DNA of 64,000 bases from an uncultured bacterium (lineage in GTDB: Bacteria; Babelota; Babeliae; Babelales; Babelaceae). Of the stretch, positions 1 to 9,573 are shown piece by piece. Under the pieces are notes generated by a model. The model was not told where the DNA came from. It ran no database searches and worked only from the letters and a program-made list of their open reading frames with translations. The first letter of the stretch is position 1, and every line of letters begins with the position of its first letter. The position numbers and the translations under genes are program-made. The stretch is from the NCBI GenBank assembly GCA_963717435.1, contig OY970332.1:512001-576000 (forward strand), written 5' to 3'.

Positions 1-887
1 TTGTTGACGTGGATATGTCAAACGCACTTAATATTTCAAGACTGTATAATGCAAAAAACCCACTATCATCAACAGAAAATATATATTCACAAGATCTCGC
101 AGATGTTTGTGTTATTGCATCGCCGCATAAGTTTCATTGCGATCAGACTTTAGAAGCATTAAAAAGCGGCAAAGCAGTTTTTGTTGAAAAGCCACTTGCG
201 ACAGATTGGCAGCAATACGAGCGTATCTCAGATTTCTTGAAAATTAATAATAATGTGCCATTAACCGTAGATTTTAATAGGTCTTTTGCGCCATTTATTG
301 AAAAAATAAAAACTAATATTATAAAAAGAAACTCGCCGCTTGTTGTAATTTATAGAATGAACGCTGGGTTTATCCCAAAAGATCACTGGATACAAAGCAG
401 TGTTGGTTCAGGAAGAATTATAGGCGAGGCTTGTCACATATTCGATCTGTTTTACTATCTTACAGATTCTAAAGCAGTTTCTGTTTCCGTAGAAGCTATA
501 AAATCAAAAGCAGATGATATATTCTCGACAGACAATTTCTCTGCACAAGTTAGTTTTGCCGACGGTTCTATTTGTACGCTTATTTATACTGCACTTGGTA
601 ACTCTGCTATGTCAAAAGAGCGCATGGAGATTTTCTTTGACAGCAAGTCTATAGTGATGGAAGACTTTTTGACTCTTACTGGTTTTGGGTTGCCCAAGAG
701 CTTTAATCAATCTGCGTTTAGTCAGGACAAGGGGCATGAAGTTTTGATATCAAAATTCTTTGGCGCATTAAAAACTAAAAATTTTGAACCTCCAATTTCG
801 ATTGAAAGATTGTTGGATACAACCAGACTTACGCTTATTATCGATCAGTTGGCTTGCCAGGGCGGTGGAAATCAGGAGATTTTGTGA
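1..887 (+). CDS. Gfo/Idh/MocA-family oxidoreductase, C-terminal part (5'-truncated by window edge; probably the bi-domain dehydrogenase found in polysaccharide loci)
   Basis: IASPHKFH...GKAVFVEKPLA motif, DFNRSF, GRIIGEACH; frame is open to the window start. Confidence 0.85.
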   Translation, partial: VDVDMSNALNISRLYNAKNPLSSTENIYSQDLADVCVIASPHKFHCDQTLEALKSGKAVFVEKPLATDWQQYERISDFLKINNNVPLTVDFNRSFAPFIEKIKTNIIKRNSPLVVIYRMNAGFIPKDHWIQSSVGSGRIIGEACHIFDLFYYLTDSKAVSVSVEAIKSKADDIFSTDNFSAQVSFADGSICTLIYTALGNSAMSKERMEIFFDSKSIVMEDFLTLTGFGLPKSFNQSAFSQDKGHEVLISKFFGALKTKNFEPPISIERLLDTTRLTLIIDQLACQGGGNQEIL

Positions 888-913
888 GAAAATTTGTTTG
901 CAAATTTATTACT

Positions 914-976
914 TGCGCCATGGTTCGATACACCCATGCTTCGCCAAGGCTCCGCAGGGCACTCACCACGAGCGCA
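914..976 (-). repeat. Palindromic repeat copy 1 (intergenic)
   Basis: Reverse complement reads tgcgctcg-TGGT-gagtg-ccctgcggagccttggcgaagcatggg-tgtatcga-ACCA-tggcgca. Confidence 0.9.
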
Positions 977-989
977 CTTAAAGCCACAT

Positions 990-1051
990 CGCTCGCCCTG
1001 AGTGTTTTTCGTAGCTTTAGCGAAGAAAAATGTATCGAAGGGTTACGAGCG
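990..1051 (+). repeat. Palindromic repeat copy 2 (overlaps start region of the next gene)
   Basis: cgctcg-CCCT-gagtg-tttttcgtagctttagcgaagaaaaa-tgtatcga-AGGG-ttacgagcg. Confidence 0.9.
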
Positions 1052-2436
1052 TGAATTACAAATTTTTTTGTGTATTTATTTTTTGCGCAATTTCAGCAAT
1101 TTTATTATTTAAAGTCCCAGACAAAAACAGATTAGAACTTGATTCGCAACTTTACGATAGAATTGCGAAAAATTTTGCCCAGAATTCAGATCTTTCAGAC
1201 CCAAATAACCCACAGGTTATGCCCGTTACTGCGAAGGGATACCCGCTATTTTTGGGCTTAAATTTTAAATTTTTTGGGATAAATTACAAAATAATAATAC
1301 TGCTTCAAATATTACTTTCTCTTTTATGCTTTTATTTAATTTATAATATCTGCTTATTATTATTTAACACTCAAGTGGCAAATATATCGCTATTTCTTTC
1401 ATGCATAAATTTGGGGTTTATAATTCACGCTCAGTTTATTCTTACAGAAATATTATTAGTTACTTTTTTATTATTATTTTTATATTTTTTTTCACAATTT
1501 ATAGTGCAAAAAAAATTTTATTCTATCACTCTGGCAGGGCTATTTCTCGGGTTTTCTATGCTGGTCAAGCCCGTTGCGATATTTTTTTTACCCGTCCCCG
1601 TTATGTTAATTTTTTTTAGTAACTTTTTTGATAAAGTAGAAAGTCGCGTCGTCCCGCAGTGCCCGGCGGAGCTTAATGCGAAGCCTGGGAGTGCCCGAAG
1701 GGTGTATCGAGGGATAGCGGGTTTCTTGCTAACTTTTTTATTACCAGTCTCTGGATATATTTTATTTAATTATAAAAAATACAGTACTTTAAGCCTAAAT
1801 CCCGCGGGTTACGAAAATATATACAGATACTATCTTCCCCGTGTTCTTTCTTGCAAAGATAATATTAGTTTGGAAATGGCAGAAAAATCTGTAGACAGAT
1901 TTGTAACTGATAGCAACAATATAAACTCCAGATTCACGCCCGAGCTTAAAAATTTATTATTACAGACAGTTCTAAATAGCCCAGCTATTGCATGTTATAT
2001 CTGGTTCAAAAATGTAATAAAAACTTATTTTGGATTATATACAACAGAATTAAAAGTGCTTTTGAATAATAATCTGCGTGGCGGGACATGTTCTTATTTT
2101 AAAATGTCGGGAAATATTTTTGAAAAAATAACAAATTATATTAACTTCGGAACAAATTCTAGATCAGTTAAGCTAATTGGTTTTTTGGAGATATTTTATT
2201 TATTACTACAGTATTTATTAATATTTTTTGTATTTTATAGCTTATTCAAAAATAAGCAGTTTGCTGTTTTATTACTATTTTTGGGCTTTATAATCTATTT
2301 TGCACTAATAACGGGACATGACGGATTTGGGCGATACCGGATGGTGCTTGAACCAGTTTTAATTATCTTAAATTCTGCTGGAATAGCACAGTTAATTAAG
2401 ATATTTTCCCATCAGGCGGTGAAGAAATATGCTTAA
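1051..2436 (+). CDS. ArnT/PMT-like multi-TM glycosyltransferase (GT-C fold)
   Basis: Many TM helices; DSQLYD, GYPLFL, LTE, LVKP, GRYR motifs; start taken at GTG 1051 because the ATG at 1030 lies within the repeat. Confidence 0.75.
   Translation: MNYKFFCVFIFCAISAILLFKVPDKNRLELDSQLYDRIAKNFAQNSDLSDPNNPQVMPVTAKGYPLFLGLNFKFFGINYKIIILLQILLSLLCFYLIYNICLLLFNTQVANISLFLSCINLGFIIHAQFILTEILLVTFLLLFLYFFSQFIVQKKFYSITLAGLFLGFSMLVKPVAIFFLPVPVMLIFFSNFFDKVESRVVPQCPAELNAKPGSARRVYRGIAGFLLTFLLPVSGYILFNYKKYSTLSLNPAGYENIYRYYLPRVLSCKDNISLEMAEKSVDRFVTDSNNINSRFTPELKNLLLQTVLNSPAIACYIWFKNVIKTYFGLYTTELKVLLNNNLRGGTCSYFKMSGNIFEKITNYINFGTNSRSVKLIGFLEIFYLLLQYLLIFFVFYSLFKNKQFAVLLLFLGFIIYFALITGHDGFGRYRMVLEPVLIILNSAGIAQLIKIFSHQAVKKYA
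1645..1719 (+). repeat. Palindromic repeat copy 3 (in-frame within the GT-C gene)
   Basis: cgcgtcg-TCCC-gcagtgcccggcggagcttaatgcgaagcctgg-gagtg-cccgaaggg-tgtatcga-GGGA-tagcg; encodes RVVPQCPAELNAKPGSARRVYRGIA. Confidence 0.85.
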
Positions 2437-3547
2437 AAATAAAAAAGTTAATATTGTGATTATGGCAGGCGGTTCTGGAAAGCGCTTATGGCCGCTAAGT
2501 AGATCAGAAAAGCCAAAGCAATTTATAAAGCTTGGCAGCGAAAAAACTTTGCTCGAAGAGACTGTCGATAGAGTTAAAAATATTTTTGATAATCAAAAAA
2601 TATCTGTTGTAACTTCAAAAAACTATGAAAATTTTGTCGAAAGACTTGTTGGCGAATCTATCGACCAGATAATAGTTGAGCCTGAGGCAAAAAATACTGC
2701 CCCCGCTGTTTTATATTCTTGTTTAAGTTTGCAAGTTAATCCTGAAGATATAGTTATATTTCTTCCATCAGATCACCATATACCTGATTTTAATAAATTT
2801 AGGGAAAGTATTGTTCAGGCCGCGCAGGCTGCTGGTGAATCAGATAATATTGTTCTTGTCGGAATCAAGCCCAATTACCCTGCTACTGGCTACGGTTATA
2901 TATCTGTAGATACTAAAAATAAGTCTAAAAAAATTAATTATTTTGATGTTGAAAAATTTCACGAAAAACCAAATTTGGAGCTGGCGAAAAAATATTTTAA
3001 TTCTGAAAATATGCTTTGGAACTCTGGAATAATTTGCGCCAAGTTGTCTGTTTTGCTGGATGCTTTCGAAAATCAGTTTCCTGGGATAAAAAATCTATCA
3101 ATTACGTCACGGCCTAAACCCGCTCGTGGTGAGTGTTCTTCTGAGCTGTTTAAAAGCGAAGAAGAATGTATCGAACCATGCGGGTCAAGAGAAACTTCAA
3201 AAAAAATATATGATATAATTCCCGAAATATCTTTTGATTACGCAATACTTGAAAAAGTAAATAATATAAGCGTAATAGCGGGAGATTTTGTTTGGTCAGA
3301 CGTGGGAACATTAGACTTGTTTATAGCAGCAAAAAAAGATATTAATAATCAAGAAAATTTAATATCTATAGAGTCTGAAAATAATTTAGTTGAAGTTCAG
3401 AACAAGTTAGTAGTTTTAGTTGGCGTTCATGACCTATGCGTGGTCCAGACAGATGACGTGTTATTAATATCCGCCAAAAAAGATATTGATAAAATAAAAG
3501 ATGTTATAATCGAGTTAAATAATTCTGGAAAAAAAGAATATTGTTGA
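2429..3547 (+). CDS. manC: Mannose-1-phosphate guanylyltransferase
   Basis: IMAGGSGKRLWPLSR..PKQF, EPEAKNTAPA, PSDH, FHEKP, WNSG, SFDYAILEK, WSDVG. Confidence 0.95.
   Translation: MLKNKKVNIVIMAGGSGKRLWPLSRSEKPKQFIKLGSEKTLLEETVDRVKNIFDNQKISVVTSKNYENFVERLVGESIDQIIVEPEAKNTAPAVLYSCLSLQVNPEDIVIFLPSDHHIPDFNKFRESIVQAAQAAGESDNIVLVGIKPNYPATGYGYISVDTKNKSKKINYFDVEKFHEKPNLELAKKYFNSENMLWNSGIICAKLSVLLDAFENQFPGIKNLSITSRPKPARGECSSELFKSEEECIEPCGSRETSKKIYDIIPEISFDYAILEKVNNISVIAGDFVWSDVGTLDLFIAAKKDINNQENLISIESENNLVEVQNKLVVLVGVHDLCVVQTDDVLLISAKKDIDKIKDVIIELNNSGKKEYC
3118..3185 (+). repeat. Palindromic repeat copy 4 (in-frame within manC)
   Basis: acccgctcg-TGGT-gagtg-ttcttctgagctgtttaaaagcgaagaagaa-tgtatcga-ACCA-tgcgggt; encodes PARGECSSELFKSEEECIEPCG. 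Confidence 0.92.
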
Positions 3548-3580
3548 AAAAATTATTAAAGATTACTGAAAAATAAAAAC

Positions 3581-4639
3581 ATGAAAACAGCTTTAATTAC
3601 GGGGATAACGGGCCAAGATGGGTCGTATTTAGCAGAATTATTATTGTCCCGAGGCTATGAAGTTCATGGCATGATTCGACGGGCTTCGACAACTAATACT
3701 TCAAGAATAGATCATATAAGCAAAGATCTTAAACTGCACTACGGCGATATGACAGATTCTCTGGGAATTTTAAATTTAATATCAAAAGTTAAGCCACAAG
3801 AGATTTACAACCTAGCTGCCCAGAGCCATGTTGCTGTTTCTTTTGATACACCAGAATATACTGCCCAATCAGATGCTATTGGAACATTGAGAATATTAGA
3901 ATCTATTAGAATTCTTGGTGCGCAAAAAAATATTAAATTTTATCAGGCTTCAACAAGCGAACTTTTTGGTAAAGTTCAAGAAATTCCACAAAAAGAAACA
4001 ACGCCTTTTTATCCAAGATCGCCATATGCTGCAGCAAAGTTGTATGCGTATTGGATCACAGTTAATTATCGTGAATCTTACGACATGTTTGCATGTAACG
4101 GGATACTGTTTAATCACGAATCGCCAAGGCGGGGTGAAAACTTTGTGACACGAAAAATTACGCTTGCTGCCGCACGAATTTTTTATGGCCTACAGGATAT
4201 AATATATTTGGGTAATCTCGATTCTAAGCGTGACTGGGGCTATGCTCCTGATTACGTCGAAGCTATGTATCGAATGCTGCAACTAGATACTCCCGAAGAC
4301 TTAGTAATTTCGACAAATACTTGTTATACAGTCAGAGATTTTGCGCAAAAAGCTTTTTCGCAGATTGGCATAGAATTAATCTGGTCCGGTTCTGGTGTTA
4401 ACGAAGTTGGAATTGATGCAAAAACGGGGAAAAAACTTGTTGCCGTGCACTCAGATTTTTTCAGACCAGCTGAAGTTGATCTGCTGATTGGCGACTGCTC
4501 TAAAGCGAAAAAATTACTCAACTGGCAACCAACTGTTACTTTAGACAAACTTGTCGAAATCATGATGCAAGCAGATTTGAAATTAATAAATAATCAGGAA
4601 TATACCAACAAAGATAAATTAAATTTTATTAGTAAGTAA
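3581..4639 (+). CDS. gmd: GDP-mannose 4,6-dehydratase
   Basis: [55 protein letters not shown]. Confidence 0.97.
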   Translation: MKTALITGITGQDGSYLAELLLSRGYEVHGMIRRASTTNTSRIDHISKDLKLHYGDMTDSLGILNLISKVKPQEIYNLAAQSHVAVSFDTPEYTAQSDAIGTLRILESIRILGAQKNIKFYQASTSELFGKVQEIPQKETTPFYPRSPYAAAKLYAYWITVNYRESYDMFACNGILFNHESPRRGENFVTRKITLAAARIFYGLQDIIYLGNLDSKRDWGYAPDYVEAMYRMLQLDTPEDLVISTNTCYTVRDFAQKAFSQIGIELIWSGSGVNEVGIDAKTGKKLVAVHSDFFRPAEVDLLIGDCSKAKKLLNWQPTVTLDKLVEIMMQADLKLINNQEYTNKDKLNFISK

Positions 4640-4667
4640 TTTATAAACAAGAAATTTTACTCCTGTT

Positions 4668-5708
4668 TTATAAATTACGCCATGCATTTAAAAGTTTTGC
4701 GTGATTAATGATGAGTTCACTAGTATCTTTGCCTACCATATTTGTGTACATTAAACTGTTATATACACAATTGTAGCTAATATAAGCATCTTCTAATATT
4801 ACATTTAACTCATCAAATCCAAATTTATTAATTATATTTTGTTTTAGTTGTTCTAAAGATTCTTTAGTTAACTCACATTTTGAAAATAAGCCGTGATTTT
4901 TAAATGTCTTATTGTTTTTTATTATTTTCCCAGCGCTTTCAAAAATTTCTTCCAGATCTTGTTTACTGATACCTTCAATATTTGTTCTGTTTTTAATATT
5001 TTTTCCGGTCGAATGATCAAAAGCTAAAGTAAAATCATTATAAAACTCTTCAAGAAGCTGTCTTACGTACCTGCGATTTGTGTTATCTTTGTTTTGATCC
5101 GCTTCATTATTTATTGCGGCAAGTCTTTTGAGAGCAATTTTTAAATCGCAATAGGCAAGTTCAATGCTGACCTTATGACCTTCTAATTCATACAGTTTAT
5201 AGTTTTCAGGTTCTAGCAACCAAGAATCAATAAATACAGTTTTGCCTGCGCCTAAAGCATCTCGAATTTCTTTATGATATTGAGGCAGAATCAGCTCGCT
5301 GATTTTATATTTTTCTTTTATTTCGGGGGTATTAGAAAGTCTTCGAATTTTTTTAATTGCCTGCTTAGCAAGATGTTTTTGATCTTCTGTTATTTTGTCT
5401 TTAAATAATGGCTTACCCCATAATATTGCATGGAATATATTGCATGCATGGTCCCCTATTGCTTCTTTAATTATAGAATATTCTTTGGGAAAGAGTTCTT
5501 GCCATCGTTGAATATGTGCCTCACGAAAATATTTATCGTCTGAAATGCCGTGATTTTCCTCAGAAAGTTTTATTGTCTCTTCTAATAACATGTTTTTTTC
5601 AGCGCAAGATATTCCTCGAAGTAGTACGATTTTTCCTGCCTTAATTGTTGATATTGTTAGTAGTAAAATTATTAGTGAAAACTTGCAAAAATCTTTTTTT
5701 ATAATCAT
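4668..5708 (-). CDS. Secreted P-loop kinase/AAA-like protein with degenerate Walker A
   Basis: N-terminal signal peptide; IVLLRGISCAEKN at the P-loop position; TVFIDS Walker-B-like strand; LAYCD...LKRL lid-like segment. Confidence 0.55.
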   Translation of the reverse strand: MIIKKDFCKFSLIILLLTISTIKAGKIVLLRGISCAEKNMLLEETIKLSEENHGISDDKYFREAHIQRWQELFPKEYSIIKEAIGDHACNIFHAILWGKPLFKDKITEDQKHLAKQAIKKIRRLSNTPEIKEKYKISELILPQYHKEIRDALGAGKTVFIDSWLLEPENYKLYELEGHKVSIELAYCDLKIALKRLAAINNEADQNKDNTNRRYVRQLLEEFYNDFTLAFDHSTGKNIKNRTNIEGISKQDLEEIFESAGKIIKNNKTFKNHGLFSKCELTKESLEQLKQNIINKFGFDELNVILEDAYISYNCVYNSLMYTNMVGKDTSELIINHAKLLNAWRNL

Positions 5709-5826
5709 ATAAGCACCTTTTTTGATGGTTAAGTTTTTAAGAATTTATTTTTAATATATATGATTGTCAAACAATACATGATGCAAGCTGAAAAAATCTA
5801 ATAATTTAAACAAATCTAATTTTATT

Positions 5827-5963
5827 CGCCGTCGCTAAAAACCGCGAGTCTTTAGCCCGTGGATGCAAGCGACAAGAACCACGCCGCAGCTTTAGCGCAG
5901 TCGGGTTTGGCTATGGCGTAATTTCGCGCGATACGCCGGATTTTTAATCCGGAGAGCGCTTCA
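5827..5963. other. GC-rich multi-hairpin intergenic element (candidate non-autonomous IS200/IS605-like MITE or structured RNA)
   Basis: Pairings cgccgt/atggcg, gtcgct/agcgac, ccgcg../..cgtgg, ccggatt/aatccgg; contains cgcagctttagcgcag, resembling the inner hairpin of the repeat family. Confidence 0.55.
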
Positions 5964-6058
5964 TAAATATTTAATATAATTTAGATAATTATTGTTTTTC
6001 TATTCCCGCGCTTGTTAATTTTTAGATTGTTATTATTTAATTAATAAGTGAGGGTAAA

Positions 6059-7258
6059 GTGAAAAATATTAAATTTTTATTGTTAATTTTATTTTTTAAT
6101 TCTTACGGCGCAAATCGATTTCAACCTTTCAAGTCTGACCTGAGTAAAGGAGTACCTGCTAAAGAAATTGAGGATCTGCAGGATTATATCGAACACTTTA
6201 GTCGACATTTGGAAATTCAAGATAAGGTAATTAACGATGCAATTAACAGTATCCCAGAGAAATTCAAAGAAAAAATAAATTTACTAGCAGACGCATCAAA
6301 AAAGAAATCAGCAACGGAATTTACAAGTCTTTATAATACAACATTTAGGGAGCTATTCTTACTATGGTTCAAGTCTGACCCAGATATATGGAAGCAGATA
6401 CTAAAGAATACTGCTCAGGAAGCAATTGTACCAGCGCTTATGGGTTTGATTTTCCCTGTTATTTTTATTATAGTGCCACCTTTGTTACCGGCACTATTAG
6501 CGGATGTTTATCGTACCTACAAAAAATACCCTGACTATGTCGATATTGGGAAAAATATATTAGAAAAAATAGATAGCGATTTTGCCAAATATAGAGTTTC
6601 TTATAGCAAGCAACAGATTAAGGATTATCTTAATGCCGCATCTAAAGATATGTTTTTATTCGAAGTGCAAACACCAATTGGATCAAAAGAGTCTGGCGGA
6701 ACTCTTAAAAAAGAAGTTGGAAATCTGAAAAATATTAATTTGCCGACTCAAAAAGAAATAGATGAGTTAAAAGCCAAGTTAGAGAATAAAGAAGTATCTC
6801 AGAAAGAATTTCAAGATTGGGTAGAAAAAAATACAAAATTAACGGCTAAACTTATAATTTTTAATCGCTGGATGAAAGCATTAGGAGATCTGAGTGAATT
6901 TTTGGTTAAATCTGGCTCAAAAGATTTGCCGCCACTATTTAGTGAAGTGCTTGCGCTAAATGACGATATTTTGGATAAAATATATAACTTAAAATCGGCT
7001 AGCGAAAGAAGTGGGACTGTAATTCGGGAGGGTTCGAGATCTTTTATTAAGCTGGATATGGGACAGGTGATAAATGATCTAAAAGACAAATTATCAAAAA
7101 TACAGAAGAAAATAGATAGCGTATATGTATTCAGACAAGGGCCGAAAGACGCAAAAGAGTTATTGCAGATTTTAGTTGGGGTTCCTGGAAAGAAAAATGG
7201 CATATTCGATAGAGTTATTGAAAAGATGGAAACAGATTTTGGAACTATGGGGAGATAG
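6059..7258 (+). CDS. Secreted hypothetical protein, paralog A of tandem pair, with a central hydrophobic segment
   Basis: Signal peptide MKNIKFLLLILFF; long identical blocks shared with 7260..8522. Confidence 0.8.
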   Translation: MKNIKFLLLILFFNSYGANRFQPFKSDLSKGVPAKEIEDLQDYIEHFSRHLEIQDKVINDAINSIPEKFKEKINLLADASKKKSATEFTSLYNTTFRELFLLWFKSDPDIWKQILKNTAQEAIVPALMGLIFPVIFIIVPPLLPALLADVYRTYKKYPDYVDIGKNILEKIDSDFAKYRVSYSKQQIKDYLNAASKDMFLFEVQTPIGSKESGGTLKKEVGNLKNINLPTQKEIDELKAKLENKEVSQKEFQDWVEKNTKLTAKLIIFNRWMKALGDLSEFLVKSGSKDLPPLFSEVLALNDDILDKIYNLKSASERSGTVIREGSRSFIKLDMGQVINDLKDKLSKIQKKIDSVYVFRQGPKDAKELLQILVGVPGKKNGIFDRVIEKMETDFGTMGR

Positions 7259-7259
7259 T

Positions 7260-8522
7260 ATGAAAAATATTAAAGTTTTATTTTTAATTTTATTTTTTAG
7301 TTCTTATTTTGATGTCAAAAATGGATATCTAAACTGTTCGATGCAGCAGGTGTACGACTCCTTAAACCGTGTAAATCAATCTAGTCTCTTTTCGAAAGAT
7401 CTGAGTAATGGGGTAGAAGATAAAGACATTGAGCAACTAGAAGATTTTATTAAAAAATTTGTTAAAGAGATATCCCATATCTACTATGGTTATGATCCGT
7501 ATTTCATAGAAATTGAAGGCACAATGCCGCTTATTCCAAAAACATTCAAAGAAAAAATAAATCTACTAGCACAATCAAAAAACAAAACATCACGAGAATT
7601 TACAGCCCTTTATAACAAAACGTTTAAAGAGTTATTCGAAATATGGTTTCAATCTAAAGAAAATATATGGAATTTGGCAGTAAACAACTTACGGACTAGC
7701 GTTATAAATGATTTGGAATTCTTCATATGCCTATTTGCCGTCACGATCCCTCTGTTTCCGATATTGATAATACCGACTATGGTGAAATATTATTCGATAA
7801 TTTCTCCATACGGTGAACTATCAGGACCATATGCCGAACTTGGGAAGAAGTTATTAGAAAAAATAGATAGAGATTTTGCAAAGTACACAATTTCGTATAG
7901 CAAAAAAGAGATGATGGATTATCTTAATGCCGCATCTAAAGATATGTTTTTATTTGAGGTGCAAACATCGAAAGATTTGGGCAGAACTGTTAAAACAGAA
8001 GTTGGAAATCTGAAAAATATTAATTTTCCGACTCAAAAAGAAATAGATGAGTTAAAAGATGAGGCAAAGAAGAGTTCTAAGTTATCGACGCAAGAATTTC
8101 AAAATTGGGTATCTAATAACAAAGCTTTGACAAACAAGCTTATAACCTTTAATCGTTGGATGAAAGTCTTGAGCGACCTGCGAGAATTTTTGGTTAAATC
8201 TGGCTCAAAAGATTTGCCTCCAATATTTAATGAAGTGCTTGCGCTAAATGACGATATTTTGGATAAAATTGTTCTTTTGAGAGATGCATCAAATAAGGGC
8301 GGGGCTGATGTTCTAATTAAGAACAATATAAAACTGCTAAAAGAAAAATTATTAAAAATACAGAAGAAAATAGATAGCGTATATGTATTCAGACAAGGGC
8401 CGAAAGACGCAAAAGAGTTATTGCAGATTTTAGTTGGCGTTCCTGGAAAGGATAAACGTATATTTGGCATATTTGATAGAGTTATTGACAAGATGGAAAC
8501 AGATTTTGGGCCCAGTAAGTAA
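7260..8522 (+). CDS. Secreted hypothetical protein, paralog B of tandem pair
   Basis: Start at ATG 7260 after GGAG (MKNIKVLFLILFF); shares DYLNAASKDMFLFEVQT, EFLVKSGSKDLPP and SVYVFRQGPKDAKELLQILVGVPGK with paralog A. Confidence 0.8.
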   Translation: MKNIKVLFLILFFSSYFDVKNGYLNCSMQQVYDSLNRVNQSSLFSKDLSNGVEDKDIEQLEDFIKKFVKEISHIYYGYDPYFIEIEGTMPLIPKTFKEKINLLAQSKNKTSREFTALYNKTFKELFEIWFQSKENIWNLAVNNLRTSVINDLEFFICLFAVTIPLFPILIIPTMVKYYSIISPYGELSGPYAELGKKLLEKIDRDFAKYTISYSKKEMMDYLNAASKDMFLFEVQTSKDLGRTVKTEVGNLKNINFPTQKEIDELKDEAKKSSKLSTQEFQNWVSNNKALTNKLITFNRWMKVLSDLREFLVKSGSKDLPPIFNEVLALNDDILDKIVLLRDASNKGGADVLIKNNIKLLKEKLLKIQKKIDSVYVFRQGPKDAKELLQILVGVPGKDKRIFGIFDRVIDKMETDFGPSK

Positions 8523-8595
8523 TTAAATAAGTTATAGTTCTCGTAATTAAAAAAATTTGTTATTTTGTGGCAATAAATTTAATTGCGGGAACTGT

Positions 8596-9573
8596 ATGCA
8601 AAAAGATTCAAAAATATATTTGGCTGGGCATGAGGGGCTCGTTGGATCGGCTCTCTTGGAAAAATTGAAAAAGTCTGGATACCAAAATATAATTACAAAA
8701 AGTTTTTCTGAACTTGATTTAAGAAACCAAGAACAAGTTAATAGTTTTTTTAAGATAAATAAGCCAGAATGTGTTTTTATCTGTGCAGCAAAAGTTGGCG
8801 GCATAGTCGCAAATATGACCAAACCTGCTGAGTTTATTTATGACAACTTAATGATCGTTGCGAATTTAATTCATGCAAGTTATGTTTATAAAGTAAAAAA
8901 ATTATTGTTTTTGGGTTCTTCTTGTATCTACCCAAGAGATTGCGCACAGCCGATCTGTGAAGAGTATTTGCTAACTGGCCCACTTGAACAAACCAACAGA
9001 GCTTATGCGATTGCAAAAATATCTGGCATAGAACTTTGTCAATCTTATAATAAGCAGTATGGGACAAATTTTATCTCTTGCATGCCCACAAATTTATATG
9101 GGCCAGGAGATAATTTTGATCTAAATAGTTCCCATGTTATCCCCGCTTTGATTTCCAAAATAATTACCGCACGCGATAATCGCGAAAAGTTTGTCACAAT
9201 TTGGGGAACTGGTAACCCAAAAAGAGAATTCTTGTATGTTGAAGATCTTGCAGACGCGTTAATATTTTTGATGCAAAACTATAATATCTCAGAAATAATT
9301 AATATTGGAACTGGGCAAGATTTGTCGATAAAAGAGTTGGCGCAAACTATAAAAAATATTACAAATTACACAGGCGAGTTGGTTTTTGATACAACAAAAC
9401 CAGATGGAACGCCAAGAAAATTGCTTAATGTTGAACGAATCAGTAAACTAGGCTGGAACGCAAAAACTGAGTTAAAAGATGGGCTTAAAAAAACGGTAGA
9501 TTGGTACGAAGCAAATATAAAATTGGGAGCTGGATATGAGCGAAGCAAAAATCACAAAACTATTTCGACGTGA
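8596..9573 (+). CDS. fcl: GDP-L-fucose synthase
   Basis: [61 protein letters not shown]. Confidence 0.96.
   Translation: MQKDSKIYLAGHEGLVGSALLEKLKKSGYQNIITKSFSELDLRNQEQVNSFFKINKPECVFICAAKVGGIVANMTKPAEFIYDNLMIVANLIHASYVYKVKKLLFLGSSCIYPRDCAQPICEEYLLTGPLEQTNRAYAIAKISGIELCQSYNKQYGTNFISCMPTNLYGPGDNFDLNSSHVIPALISKIITARDNREKFVTIWGTGNPKREFLYVEDLADALIFLMQNYNISEIINIGTGQDLSIKELAQTIKNITNYTGELVFDTTKPDGTPRKLLNVERISKLGWNAKTELKDGLKKTVDWYEANIKLGAGYERSKNHKTIST

Noticed and set aside
914-1051. Possible CRISPR array or tRNA
   Set aside because: Only two inverted copies, no regular repeat-spacer period, no cas genes, no cloverleaf or T-loop motif.
784-1054. Short ORFs 784..981 and 854..1054
   Set aside because: They are translations of the repeat doublet overlapping the oxidoreductase end; no independent coding evidence.
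6811-8491. Two similar 130-aa antisense ORFs (6811..7203, 8099..8491)
   Set aside because: Shadows of the duplicated plus-strand paralogs.
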